From: Clostridiales bacterium
GTDB lineage: Bacteria > Bacillota > Clostridia > Peptostreptococcales > Anaerovoracaceae
Direction of reading: 5' to 3'
Length of the DNA stretch: 60,248 bases
NCBI GenBank assembly: GCA_015058065.1
Contig: SVDB01000001.1
Location: 1-60,248, forward strand
Position numbers and translations under genes: made by a program. The notes below the pieces were generated by a model. The model did not search any database and was not told the origin of the DNA. It saw only the letters and a list, made by a program, of their open reading frames with translations. How positions within the stretch are numbered: the stretch's first letter is position 1; each line of letters starts with the position of its first letter. Shown in pieces: positions 8,954 through 18,424 of the stretch.

Positions 8954-9010
8954 TGATCGATATCCTCCGTTTGTGTTTTTAATGATTATACATTTTTATA
9001 AGCGCCGCGT

Positions 9011-12000
9011 CTATTCCACGGATTTCAGCGATTCAGTCATCGAAACGTCGCGAAGTCTCTTCTGCATCGCAAAGTTCACGAGGAACGCGAACAGGAACGT
9101 GAGCGCTACCGCGATAGGTATGTCGTACGGACCGTGGCGCGCCTCAAAGTAGATCATGCTGAGTACGATATTGTCTATAACGAACTTCAGCAGCCAGTCT
9201 CCGAGCGGTATGCCGACCAACGCCGCTACCGCTGTCAGGAACAGGTTCTCGCGGAACACGTACTGCGATACCTCCAGCTGATAGAATCCCAGCACCTTTA
9301 TTGTGGCGATCTCGCGGAGACGCTCCGTTATATTGATGTTCGTCAGATTATAAAGAACTATGAACGCCAGCAGAGCGGCTGAGAGTATGACGACATACAC
9401 GATCGCGTCAAGGCTCTTCATCATTCTGCTCACGTTTTCACGCACATCGATGTTCGTCTGTACCGCGGCGGCGTATTCATATCCGGCAGCGGCCGCGGAA
9501 GCGGTCCTTATCACGTCTTCTTCGGTCCCCTCTTCGAAGTTGATGAATGCCGCCTTTATGTCAGGCTCCTTGCCGAAACCTTCCCTGTACGTATCCGTAG
9601 TCATGTAAATGCTGTCGTATACGTAGTTGTCCGCTATTCCTACGACCGTTACGGTCATCTCGCGATAATCATCGCGGATGGTGACCACGTCACCTACTTC
9701 TATCCCATAATCGTGATTCATCTTGCGGACTATCACTATCTCGCCCGGGCCCGGATACTCGATCGGCTGATCGCCTTCATGCAGATCCACAAACTGACCG
9801 AAATCCTCTCCTTCAGTAGCTATGCAAGTGACATCTGTCGTCTTGTCGCCGATGATCAGCGTGACTTCGCCGCGATGCAGGAACCTCACGTTATCCGGAG
9901 AAATGTCAACATCCTCCTGCAGTTCATCCATAAAGTCAGCCTGCCGGTCCCCGGTCATGTTCTTGCTGAACATCACCGTTATGTCGTAAAGAGATATCTC
10001 ATCGAACTGGTAGTCCGCTATCTTTGAAATGGTAGCCTTTATCCCTATGCCCGCTATCAGAAGAGCCGTGCAGCCACTGACTCCGATGACCATCATCAGG
10101 AATCTTTTTCTGTCTCTGAAGATGTTACGGATCGACACCTTGTAAAGGAAACTGATGCGCTCCCACAGAGGTCTTATCCTCTCGAGCAGTATGCGCCTGC
10201 CTGCCGGAGGAGTCTTAGGCCTTATAAGATCGGACGGCGAAACCTTGAAGTCCGCCGCGATCGAAACCCACGTCGCTCCCATCGAGCAGAGCAGAGCGAC
10301 CGCCAGAACCGCAAGCCCCAGTTTGTAGTTTATGATGTAGTCGACGGTATGACTGAAATCGTACATCATCGTGTACGCGTTCCAGATAACGGCCGGGAAC
10401 ACCTTGCAGCCTACGAAAAAGCCGAGGACTGCTCCGAGGAAAGCCGCGCTTCCCGAATAGAACATGTACTTGCCGACTATCTGGCTGTTGCTGTACCCGA
10501 GAGCCTTCAGCACTCCTATCTGAGTGCGCTGCTCTTCGACCATGCGTGTCATCGTGGTCATGCAAACGAGCGCCGCGATCAGGAAGAAGAACAGCGGGAA
10601 TATCTTTGCTATGTTGCTGACAATGCTCGAGTTGCTGTCGAAGGATGTGTAACCCGCATTTTCCTTTCGCGAGAGCGCGTAAGAGTTCCCGATGTCCATG
10701 TCATCTATTTTCTCCTGCGCCTCGTCCAGCTTGTCCTTGGCTTCGTCAAGTTCTTTTTTTGCCTTGGCGAATTCGCTGTCCGCCTCTTTTTCTTTTTCCT
10801 GCAGTTTCTTCTCGCTGCTGTCGAGTTTTTTCTCCTGTCTGTCGAGTTCTTTCAGCCCCGCCTCTGCCTGCGCGAGACCGTCCTGAGCCTGTTTGAAACC
10901 CGCTTCTGCCTGCGCTATGCCGGCCTCGAGACTCGCTATATTGCCGTTCAGTTCGGCTATCTGAGCGTTGAGCGGCGCGACCTGCGCGTTGTATTCATCC
11001 TGAGTTATCTGCCCGGCGGCGAGAGCCGCGTCAAGCTGTCCCTTTGCCGCGTTCGCCTGGGCCAGACCTCCCTCGGCCTGCTCTTTTTTCGACTTAAGAT
11101 CGCTGATAGTGGCGTTGAGGTCCTCGATCGCTTTGTTAGCCTCGCTGACCGCAGCTTTCAGTTCTTTACGGGTCTTTTTTATCTTTCCCTCGCCGCTGCT
11201 GATCTTGTTTTCAGCCCTGTCGATCTCCCTTTCCGCGTCCGCCTTTTCTTTATTGTATTTGGCCAGGTTTTCTTCATATTCTTGTTTCTTTTCGTCGAGT
11301 TCATCCTGCGCTTCCTGTCTGGCGGTCTCTCTGCGTCCCGCAGTCACTGCTTCCGCCAGTTCTTTCATGCTGTCTTCGTGCGCTTTCAGTTTGTCCTCGT
11401 GCTCCGGGGTCATCGATGCCTCGTCGCCTTCCAGTTTTATGTACAGATTCGTATAATAATCGACCGCGAAAGCCTCTTTCGGGATGAAGAAGAAAGTGTC
11501 CAGACTTCCGTTGCCTATATCCGTCGATCCTCTCTGATAGTCGAGATAAATAGGCGTATTGACCAGGCCGACAATGACGAAGTCGGTCACATTGAAGTCA
11601 TCGAGTTTGTCCTCGTCGTTCTCATCGGTCAGTGTGATGTGATCTCCGATATGGAAACCTTCGTCCGTTATGCTGTACGCGTCGACCACACACTCGTTTT
11701 CCTTCTCAGGCAGCCTGCCCTCGGTGACATTGAGCGTGTTGATGGTCTCCGGAAGCGAGATGGCTTTCAGCGCCTTTGATTCACCTTCCCCGGAACTTGC
11801 CATGACGTCTATCTGTATCGATCCCTCAGCGTCGGAGACACCTTCCCATGACTCCGCGAGCGCTACGCTGTCATCATCCGCACCGTATGAAGAAAGTATC
11901 TGATAGTCATAAAAATTCGTTTTGTCGAGGTATGCACTCGCGGTGCTGACCATCGACTCCTTGCAATCCTTCAGGCCACTGAAAAACCCCACTCCAAGAG

Positions 12001-12073
12001 CCACGATCGCGAAGATCGCCAGATATCTCGCAAGTGAGGTCTTTATTTCCCTGAAGGTCGACTTTCTGAGCAT
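9011..12073 (-). CDS. FtsX/MacB-type ABC transporter permease with a long coiled-coil insert
   Basis: 1020 aa with two FtsX-like four-TM modules. The first extracytoplasmic loop carries ~240 aa of heptad-like, K/E/A/Q-rich sequence. Confidence 0.8.
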   Translation of the reverse strand: MLRKSTFREIKTSLARYLAIFAIVALGVGFFSGLKDCKESMVSTASAYLDKTNFYDYQILSSYGADDDSVALAESWEGVSDAEGSIQIDVMASSGEGESKALKAISLPETINTLNVTEGRLPEKENECVVDAYSITDEGFHIGDHITLTDENDEDKLDDFNVTDFVIVGLVNTPIYLDYQRGSTDIGNGSLDTFFFIPKEAFAVDYYTNLYIKLEGDEASMTPEHEDKLKAHEDSMKELAEAVTAGRRETARQEAQDELDEKKQEYEENLAKYNKEKADAEREIDRAENKISSGEGKIKKTRKELKAAVSEANKAIEDLNATISDLKSKKEQAEGGLAQANAAKGQLDAALAAGQITQDEYNAQVAPLNAQIAELNGNIASLEAGIAQAEAGFKQAQDGLAQAEAGLKELDRQEKKLDSSEKKLQEKEKEADSEFAKAKKELDEAKDKLDEAQEKIDDMDIGNSYALSRKENAGYTSFDSNSSIVSNIAKIFPLFFFLIAALVCMTTMTRMVEEQRTQIGVLKALGYSNSQIVGKYMFYSGSAAFLGAVLGFFVGCKVFPAVIWNAYTMMYDFSHTVDYIINYKLGLAVLAVALLCSMGATWVSIAADFKVSPSDLIRPKTPPAGRRILLERIRPLWERISFLYKVSIRNIFRDRKRFLMMVIGVSGCTALLIAGIGIKATISKIADYQFDEISLYDITVMFSKNMTGDRQADFMDELQEDVDISPDNVRFLHRGEVTLIIGDKTTDVTCIATEGEDFGQFVDLHEGDQPIEYPGPGEIVIVRKMNHDYGIEVGDVVTIRDDYREMTVTVVGIADNYVYDSIYMTTDTYREGFGKEPDIKAAFINFEEGTEEDVIRTASAAAAGYEYAAAVQTNIDVRENVSRMMKSLDAIVYVVILSAALLAFIVLYNLTNINITERLREIATIKVLGFYQLEVSQYVFRENLFLTAVAALVGIPLGDWLLKFVIDNIVLSMIYFEARHGPYDIPIAVALTFLFAFLVNFAMQKRLRDVSMTESLKSVE

Positions 12074-12074
12074 G

Positions 12075-12947
12075 CTACCACTCTATTTCGGACACCGGAA
12101 CAGGTTCGGTGTTTATCTTCACATCCTGTACTCTGCCGCTTCTTACGCTGATGACGCGGTCTCCCATAGGCGTGATCGCCTTGTTGTGCGTTATTATGAT
12201 CACTGTTGCTCCGGACTTATGTGCCTGATCCTGAAGCAATTGCAGGATCGCCTTTCCGGTGTTGTAGTCGAGCGCTCCCGTAGGTTCATCACAGAGCAGC
12301 AGTTTCGGATTCTTGGCCAGAGCCCTGGCTATGGCGACTCTCTGCTGTTCACCTCCGGACAGCTGGCCCGGAAAGTTATACATCCTGTCGCCCAGGCCGA
12401 CCGCTTTCAGGGTCTCTGCCGGATCGAGCGGATCGCTGCAGATCTGGGTCGCGAGCGACACGTTTTCGAGCGCAGTGAGGTTCTGTACCAGATTGTAGAA
12501 CTGGAACACGAAGCCGATGTCATATCTGCGGTACCTGGTCAGTTCACGCGAGTTGAGACTGCTGATCTCCCTGCCGTCCAGCAGGACCTTTCCGCTCGTC
12601 AGAGTGTCCATTCCTCCGAGTATGTTGAGGAGCGTCGTCTTGCCCGCGCCGGACTCACCGACCACTATGGCAAGCTCGCCTTTGGCAACGCTGAAAGTCG
12701 CGTCAGCGAGCGCCTCTATATCGACCTCTCCCACGTGATATACCTTGCGGACATGGTCGAACACGACATAGTCAGCAGTGTCTGCAGGCGGCGCGCTTAC
12801 CGGGTCTTTCTCAGGGGCCTCAGGTTCCTGAGGGTCCGGCAGTTCTTCGGTCACTTTCTCGATCAGTCCGTCCAGGACTCCCGCTTCCTGAAGCACCAGA
12901 TATTTTTCAATTAATTCAAGATCCTTTTTATCGCTTTTATCGCTCAT
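12075..12947 (-). CDS. ABC transporter ATP-binding protein (MacB/LolD-like)
   Basis: Walker [10 protein letters not shown], signature LSGGEQQR, Walker [10 protein letters not shown] ~60-aa acidic/Pro-rich N-terminal extension is present. The stop lies 1 nt before the permease start. Confidence 0.9.
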   Translation of the reverse strand: MSDKSDKKDLELIEKYLVLQEAGVLDGLIEKVTEELPDPQEPEAPEKDPVSAPPADTADYVVFDHVRKVYHVGEVDIEALADATFSVAKGELAIVVGESGAGKTTLLNILGGMDTLTSGKVLLDGREISSLNSRELTRYRRYDIGFVFQFYNLVQNLTALENVSLATQICSDPLDPAETLKAVGLGDRMYNFPGQLSGGEQQRVAIARALAKNPKLLLCDEPTGALDYNTGKAILQLLQDQAHKSGATVIIITHNKAITPMGDRVISVRSGRVQDVKINTEPVPVSEIEW

Positions 12948-12961
12948 TTCCCGGTTCTCCG

Positions 12962-13858
12962 TCAGATGAATATGTTTATGCTGCCGATAACGAATCCGAT
13001 CAGCGCGCCGAGGTCGACTATCATCTTCAGTTCGGTCTTCATGACAGTCAGAACGCCTTTTTCCAGTTCTTCTACCGGCATAGAATTGATCTTATCTTCG
13101 ACTACCTTCGCGACATCGATCCTGCGCAGCGCGGAATTGACCGCGTTCACCACCGATTCCCTGTACGCCTCGGTGATCTTGGTCTTCACGTAATCCGCGT
13201 CGTAACCCGCCTGCTCCAGCACGTGCAGAGGCGTCCTGTCTCCGAGGTCGTGTATCCTCGACACTGTGATCTCATTCACCATCTCGGGACCTCTCGTATC
13301 GATGAATTCCTCCATCTTTTCGCTGACCGTGCTCATGATCCTGTCGATGAGTTTCTCGGAAACCACCAGCGTCAGGAACGCGGATCCGGACACGTGCTCG
13401 CGAAGCATCGTCTTGCCCTCGCGTTCAAGCGTTCCGGGTATGTCCATCCTTCTGATGGCGTCGGTTATCTTGAAAGCCAGAAGTTCGGTGAAGTTCTCTT
13501 CGATCCTGTCATATCTGTCAGCGCCGCCGACCATCACTGCTCCGGTCTCTCTGATGTCATTGCCGAGAATATCCATGACCCTGTCGATCAGCGGCTTTTC
13601 TACTTCTTCCGTCAGAAGCCTCCCTGAAATATCTTCACGCGTGAAGAGTTCGTTCTGGACGATCTTTCCGGCCGATTTCGCCAGCCTTGCCTTGCCCTTC
13701 GGGATAGCGCCGGGCGTGAACGGCAGACGGTGCCCGAAGACACGGACCTCCTTGTGCGGGTAAAACAGCATCTTTACCGCTATGAGATTCGTGAAGTATC
13801 CTATTACCGCTCCTATCAGAGGCGGCAGCAGATATGATGTGATGATGTCCCAGTTCAT
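12962..13858 (-). CDS. DUF445 family membrane-associated protein
   Basis: N-terminal TM followed by KMLFYPHKEVRVFGHRLPFTPGAIPK, characteristic of DUF445. The junction with the antiporter gene reads TAAATG. Confidence 0.75.
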   Translation of the reverse strand: MNWDIITSYLLPPLIGAVIGYFTNLIAVKMLFYPHKEVRVFGHRLPFTPGAIPKGKARLAKSAGKIVQNELFTREDISGRLLTEEVEKPLIDRVMDILGNDIRETGAVMVGGADRYDRIEENFTELLAFKITDAIRRMDIPGTLEREGKTMLREHVSGSAFLTLVVSEKLIDRIMSTVSEKMEEFIDTRGPEMVNEITVSRIHDLGDRTPLHVLEQAGYDADYVKTKITEAYRESVVNAVNSALRRIDVAKVVEDKINSMPVEELEKGVLTVMKTELKMIVDLGALIGFVIGSINIFI

Positions 13859-16180
13859 TTATTCGCCACCCCCTGTGACACTCCCTGCCGCCTGTTCGCC
13901 TGCATGCGACCCTGCCTTGCCCACTGAGTGGGAAGCGATGCGGCTGAGATCCGTATTCGTGCCTATGATCCAGAGTATGTCACCCTTTTCTATCAGCATG
14001 TTGGAGTCCGGCATGTTAGTCGCGTAACCGTCACGCTCAAGCCCGAGTATCATGCAGTGACTGCGGGCAGTGATCCCGCTTTTCTTTATCGGCTTATCCA
14101 CGTAAGGCTCATTGCCGCGCACCTGTATCGCCGCGCACGCGAGAGCATTGTCTTTATCGTAATCCTCATCGAGGAATTCCTTGAGTGTCCGCATATGGAC
14201 ATCCTGATCTATGTCAAGCGTCTTGTAGAACGTCTCGAGCGACATCCTGTCTCCTATCACATGCACTTTATCTCCCGCGTGGAGTACTGTCCTCGCCGGA
14301 GGCATCGGCATGCGTTTGTCGCCGTGTCTTACCTTGACGACATAGACCGCTTCCTTGCGTCCCCAGTCAAGATCCGCGATCGTCCTGTCTTCGTAAGCCG
14401 CGCCCGCCGGGACTTCCCAGCTGAATATGCTGTAGTCCTCGTTGAGCCAATGCCGCCTTTCCCTGGCGCCGCCGCGTTCTTCCATGGTCTTCTGATTGAG
14501 ATTCGCGAAGAAGCGTGTCTCGAGCTGCAGATAATAAGTCGCTACAAAGTCCGACCTGGCGATCAGGAAGACGCTGAGAGGTATCAGCAGCAGAATCAGC
14601 GGATCGTATATGTCAAGGATCGTCGTCAGCGGGATCAGAGCGATGAGCTCCAGTATGACTACCTTTATTATGACCATCACCGCGAGCGGCGGTCTGTTGG
14701 CCAGCTTATCGACCCACAGCTGCGTGAACGCCGCGCCGCGGTTGCGCATGAACGGTACCGCGAAGACCGCGAGCGCCAGATAATTCACCGCGATCACAAC
14801 GGCTTTCGCCGCGCCGGTCCCCATCAGAGATGAGAGCAGCGGGTACAGTCCTTTGCAGCACGCAAGAGTCAGGACCAGCATGATGCTGCCATATATGGCC
14901 ACCTTGAGGAAGAAATCCTTCAGCACGACTTCCCATTCGGAGTCGCGCTCTTCTTCGCTTCTGTCAGCAGAAGTGTAATAAAGCACCTTCTCTTTGATCC
15001 TGTCCGGCACCACCTTCGATATGAACAGTATTATGCGGTCCTGCTGCCTTATCAGCACCGGCGTGATGATTATAGTCAGTATCGACGCCGCCACGATGAC
15101 CGGGTATAGATAGCTGTCCATCACGCCGAGCGAAATACCCAGATTCGCGATGATGAACGAAAACTCTCCGATAGGCGCCAGCGATATGCCTCCCCTAAGC
15201 GCAGTGACAGGTTCCTGTCCGGAAAGCATCATTCCTATGGTAGCGAATATGAGTTTCGCTACGACTGCGAGTATCGCGATCGGGACTATCGAGGTCCAGC
15301 GTTCCGCTATTATCTCAGGGTCGACCATCATGCCTACCGAAAGGAAGAATATCGCCCCGAACATGTCCTTGATGCCTTCAGTCACCCTTTCGACATCGTG
15401 AACGTGCCGTGTGCCGGCGAAGAGCGAACCCGCGATGAAAGCTCCGAGTTCCATCGAAAATCCGAGCCAGTGCGCGAGCATTCCCATCAGGAAACAGAAG
15501 CCAAGGCTCAGCAGCGTGAGCGTCTCGTCACTCATGAGTCCCATTGTCCTGTCGAGTATGGTCGGCAGAAAGAAGATGCCAAGCACGAGCCAGAGCACGA
15601 GATATGTGATCATCAGGATCATGTGGATAGCCATGCTGCCCGGATCGGATGTCTTGCTCATGGAAATCGTAGTCAGCACTACCATCATGAATACGGCGAT
15701 CACATCCTCCATCACGAGTGACCCCATCACAAGACTCGTATACTTCTTCCCTTCGAGACCCATCTCGCTGAAGCATTTCTGGATCACGACAGTGGAGCTG
15801 ATCGACAGCATCGCGCCGAGGAACACGGAATTCATGGTGTTCATGCCTGCCAGAATGCCGAAGCCGTAGCCTACGAGCATGACGCCGCCCATCTTTACAG
15901 CGGCCGAGACGACCGCTGTCCCGCCGATCTCAGAAAGTTTGTTGAAATCGAATTCAAGTCCGATATGGAACAGGATGATCACGACACCGATCTCGCTCCA
16001 CGTCTCTACGGAAGCCGTGCTCTCAATGTTCAGGAACAGCGGGAAGTGCGGTCCGATGATAAACCCCGCGACAATATATCCCAGGATCGTAGGTATCCTG
16101 AGCTTTCTGAATACTATCGTGACCACCGCCGCGGTGGTAAGCATTAACGCGAGATCTATTATGAGTTGAGGTACTTCCAC
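13859..16180 (-). CDS. cation:proton antiporter (CPA2-like) with C-terminal RCK_C domains
   Basis: 773 aa. N-terminus LMLTTAAVVTIVFRKLRIPTILGYIVAGFIIGP is typical of Na+/H+ exchanger-family proteins. Two TrkA-C-like repeats lie at the C-terminus. Confidence 0.8.
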   Translation of the reverse strand: MEVPQLIIDLALMLTTAAVVTIVFRKLRIPTILGYIVAGFIIGPHFPLFLNIESTASVETWSEIGVVIILFHIGLEFDFNKLSEIGGTAVVSAAVKMGGVMLVGYGFGILAGMNTMNSVFLGAMLSISSTVVIQKCFSEMGLEGKKYTSLVMGSLVMEDVIAVFMMVVLTTISMSKTSDPGSMAIHMILMITYLVLWLVLGIFFLPTILDRTMGLMSDETLTLLSLGFCFLMGMLAHWLGFSMELGAFIAGSLFAGTRHVHDVERVTEGIKDMFGAIFFLSVGMMVDPEIIAERWTSIVPIAILAVVAKLIFATIGMMLSGQEPVTALRGGISLAPIGEFSFIIANLGISLGVMDSYLYPVIVAASILTIIITPVLIRQQDRIILFISKVVPDRIKEKVLYYTSADRSEEERDSEWEVVLKDFFLKVAIYGSIMLVLTLACCKGLYPLLSSLMGTGAAKAVVIAVNYLALAVFAVPFMRNRGAAFTQLWVDKLANRPPLAVMVIIKVVILELIALIPLTTILDIYDPLILLLIPLSVFLIARSDFVATYYLQLETRFFANLNQKTMEERGGARERRHWLNEDYSIFSWEVPAGAAYEDRTIADLDWGRKEAVYVVKVRHGDKRMPMPPARTVLHAGDKVHVIGDRMSLETFYKTLDIDQDVHMRTLKEFLDEDYDKDNALACAAIQVRGNEPYVDKPIKKSGITARSHCMILGLERDGYATNMPDSNMLIEKGDILWIIGTNTDLSRIASHSVGKAGSHAGEQAAGSVTGGGE

Positions 16181-16202
16181 TTACTATCCTTTACTGATCG
16201 TA

Positions 16203-16754
16203 TTATCCGTAGTTGAGCGCCTTCCGGATCTTCTTCCAGCCGGGCATGAATCTGTCCATGAGCGCGTAAAAATCCGCTCCGTGATTCGGTACGACGGTGT
16301 GTACAAGCTCATGGAGTATAACATAGTCGAGTTCCGCGTCAGACCTTGTCGCAAGCATGAGACTCAGGTTGATGTGCCCTGTTTTCGTGTTGCAGCTTCC
16401 CCAGCGGGTGTGCATGTCACGCACGGTCCATCCGCTGCAGCGCAGACCTGTCCAGTTTTCTATTTCAGGAAGCCTGGCAGCGACACGCTTTTTGAGTTCA
16501 GCCCTTCGCGCCTCTTTATCCGCCCTGTCGGCAGGCTCAGGATGCGCGGATGCGTTCGCCCGGACACGGCTGACGGCTTTGTCTATCCAGTCCCGCCTGC
16601 TCCTTACAAAAGCTATCACTTCCCTGTCTGACACGATGTAAGGCGCGCTTATGACTATCCTGCCATCAGGCGCCTTTACCCTCATATTGATTCTTTGAAT
16701 GCGCTTTCTGGTCAGTTCGACCTTCAGCCCGTCTATGTAAATCGATTTAGTCAT
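16203..16754 (-). CDS. YgjP-like (DUF45) metal-dependent hydrolase
   Basis: HELVH zinc motif followed by NHGADFYALM. 183 aa. Confidence 0.8.
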   Translation of the reverse strand: MTKSIYIDGLKVELTRKRIQRINMRVKAPDGRIVISAPYIVSDREVIAFVRSRRDWIDKAVSRVRANASAHPEPADRADKEARRAELKKRVAARLPEIENWTGLRCSGWTVRDMHTRWGSCNTKTGHINLSLMLATRSDAELDYVILHELVHTVVPNHGADFYALMDRFMPGWKKIRKALNYG

Positions 16755-16785
16755 ACATAATTATTATACCATAGACCGTAAAACT

Positions 16786-16818
16786 ATAAAAAGAAGACCC
16801 GTTTCCGAACGGGTCTTC
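16786..16818 (-). terminator. rho-independent terminator after the symporter gene
   Basis: GAAGACCCGTT-tccg-AACGGGTCTTC forms an 11-bp stem. The minus strand reads a U-run (TTTTTAT) after the stem. Confidence 0.85.
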
Positions 16819-16847
16819 CTTTTATCTCTTTTTGAAGTGTTTTCAGG

Positions 16848-18260
16848 CTATTTCCAGCAATCGACCTTGTCTTCGCTGAGTCCGATATCCGCAGCTTTGA
16901 AGTGAGGCGCAAGACCCTGCTTCTTCTGCTTTGTATAATCGTTCAGAGCCTTGATGGCAACCCCGCCGAGTATCGCGATAGTCGGAATGTTGCAGATGAC
17001 CATGAGTCCCTGGAACATGTCAGCTGTATCCCATACGAGACCGGCGCTCAGTGTAGCTCCGAGGAATACGAGGAAGATGGCGATGATTCTGAACACCAGA
17101 ACCTCTACCTTGCTCATATCTCTCTTGAGGATAAACGCGAAGCAGCCTTCGCAGTATGAATAGTTACCGATCAGTGTAGTGAACGCGAACAGCGACATCG
17201 ATATAGCGATGAAGATCGGTCCGAAGTTACCGAGCGAAGCGTGCAGGCATGTCTGAACATATCCGGCAGCGTCATCCTGGAACTTTGAAGGATCAACAGA
17301 GATTGTGGACAGGCACATGAACGCTGTAGCGGAGCAGATCAGCAGTGTGTCGATGAATACAGACAGTGTCTGAACGAGTCCCTGCTTGACAGGGTGAGCA
17401 ACGTCAGCCTTGGCTGCAGCATTCGGAGCAGAACCCATACCGGCTTCATTGGAGTAGAGACCTCTCTTGAGTCCCCACATGATGCAGGATCCCGCGAATC
17501 CTCCGAAGATGGCCTTGAAGTCGAACGCGCTCTTGAAGATCATTCCGAACATAGCGCCGAGGTTCTTCGCATTGATAACGATGACTACCAGGGACATAAC
17601 TACGTAAATGATTCCCATTACCGGTACGAGGTAACCTGTGACCCTGGTCAGTTTCTTAGCTCCGCCGAGGATGATGACTGCGAAGAGAGCGGCAAGGATA
17701 ATGCCGATGATCTTCGAGGTCGTGCCTTCCTTGTAAAAGTCGAATGTCGCAAATGTTGACTGCAGATTGAACGCGGCAAGCATGTTGTATCCTACAGCGT
17801 ATGTAAAGATGATCAGTATCGAGAAAATGACACCGAGCCATCTCTGGCCTAGAGCGTTCTGCATGTAGTATGAAGGTCCGCCGTAATAAGTGCCGTCATC
17901 GGCTTTCTTCTTATAGATCTGAGCGAGTGTGGACTCGATGAACGCGTTAGCGCCGCCGAATATGGCTGTGATCCACATCCAGAAGATGGATCCCGGACCT
18001 CCGGTGATGATAGCTGTACAAACGCCGATGATGTTTCCGGTACCAACTCTGGAAGCGGTGGATACCATCAGCGCACCGAACGATGAAATGCTTTTGTCAT
18101 CAGAAGGCTTTTCTGTTACTACCCTGAACATCTCTCCGAACATGCGGATCTGTACACCCTTTGTTCTGATCGTAAAGTAGATGCCTACGGCGATCAGGAA
18201 CAGAGGAACCACATATGGCTTATACAGCCAGTTGTTCATGAAACTTACGATTACTTCCAT
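16848..18260 (-). CDS. alanine/glycine:cation symporter (AGCS family)
   Basis: 470 aa with family motif SSFGALMVSTASRVGTGNIIGV...GGPGSIFWMW. Confidence 0.9.
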   Translation of the reverse strand: MEVIVSFMNNWLYKPYVVPLFLIAVGIYFTIRTKGVQIRMFGEMFRVVTEKPSDDKSISSFGALMVSTASRVGTGNIIGVCTAIITGGPGSIFWMWITAIFGGANAFIESTLAQIYKKKADDGTYYGGPSYYMQNALGQRWLGVIFSILIIFTYAVGYNMLAAFNLQSTFATFDFYKEGTTSKIIGIILAALFAVIILGGAKKLTRVTGYLVPVMGIIYVVMSLVVIVINAKNLGAMFGMIFKSAFDFKAIFGGFAGSCIMWGLKRGLYSNEAGMGSAPNAAAKADVAHPVKQGLVQTLSVFIDTLLICSATAFMCLSTISVDPSKFQDDAAGYVQTCLHASLGNFGPIFIAISMSLFAFTTLIGNYSYCEGCFAFILKRDMSKVEVLVFRIIAIFLVFLGATLSAGLVWDTADMFQGLMVICNIPTIAILGGVAIKALNDYTKQKKQGLAPHFKAADIGLSEDKVDCWK

Positions 18261-18304
18261 TTCGATCTCCTTTTGATATTCTCCCTATACCTAAGACATT
18301 AATG

Positions 18305-18341
18305 ATAAAAAAGCGGGCTGCCTCGCAAACCGGCAGCCCGG
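18305..18341 (-). terminator. terminator or attenuator hairpin 45 nt upstream of the symporter start
   Basis: The minus strand reads CGGGCUGCC-9 nt-GGCAGCCCG then CUUUUUUAU. It lies ~85 nt after the preceding stop codon. Confidence 0.65.
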
Positions 18342-18424
18342 CCCCGTTTGTTGGGTGTATTTTACCAAATGGTTCGGACGCTTGTCCATAAAATAAATCG
18401 ATTTTGTATAATTGTATACAATCA

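Noticed and set aside
10349-11779. 476-aa plus-strand ORF, and its neighbours at 10645-10896, 10692-10886 and 11109-11456
   Set aside because: These are antisense shadows of the coiled-coil part of the permease gene. Their translations are low-complexity F/L/S/R-rich strings with no RBS or motif. The minus-strand frame has clear ABC-permease features.
11922-12914. 330-aa plus-strand ORF
   Set aside because: It lies fully antisense to the ABC ATPase gene, whose Walker A, signature and Walker B motifs are unambiguous. The ORF has no motifs of its own.
13928-14833. 301-aa plus-strand ORF. Similar long antisense ORFs lie at 39726-40676, 37040-37828, 49788-50573 and 4481-5272.
   Set aside because: Each is contained within a well-supported opposite-strand gene (antiporter, XRE/pfkA, feoB, LysR, EIIC-like). 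Each translates to Arg/His/Asp- or Ser/Pro/Ala-rich sequence without motifs.
18261-18424. Glycine riboswitch upstream of the AGCS symporter
   Set aside because: The context is right, but I cannot find the conserved aptamer strings (GGAGAG ... CACCGAAGGGGCAA-type cores). The available ~85 nt is also too short for the usual tandem aptamer. I kept it only as an unexplained attenuator.
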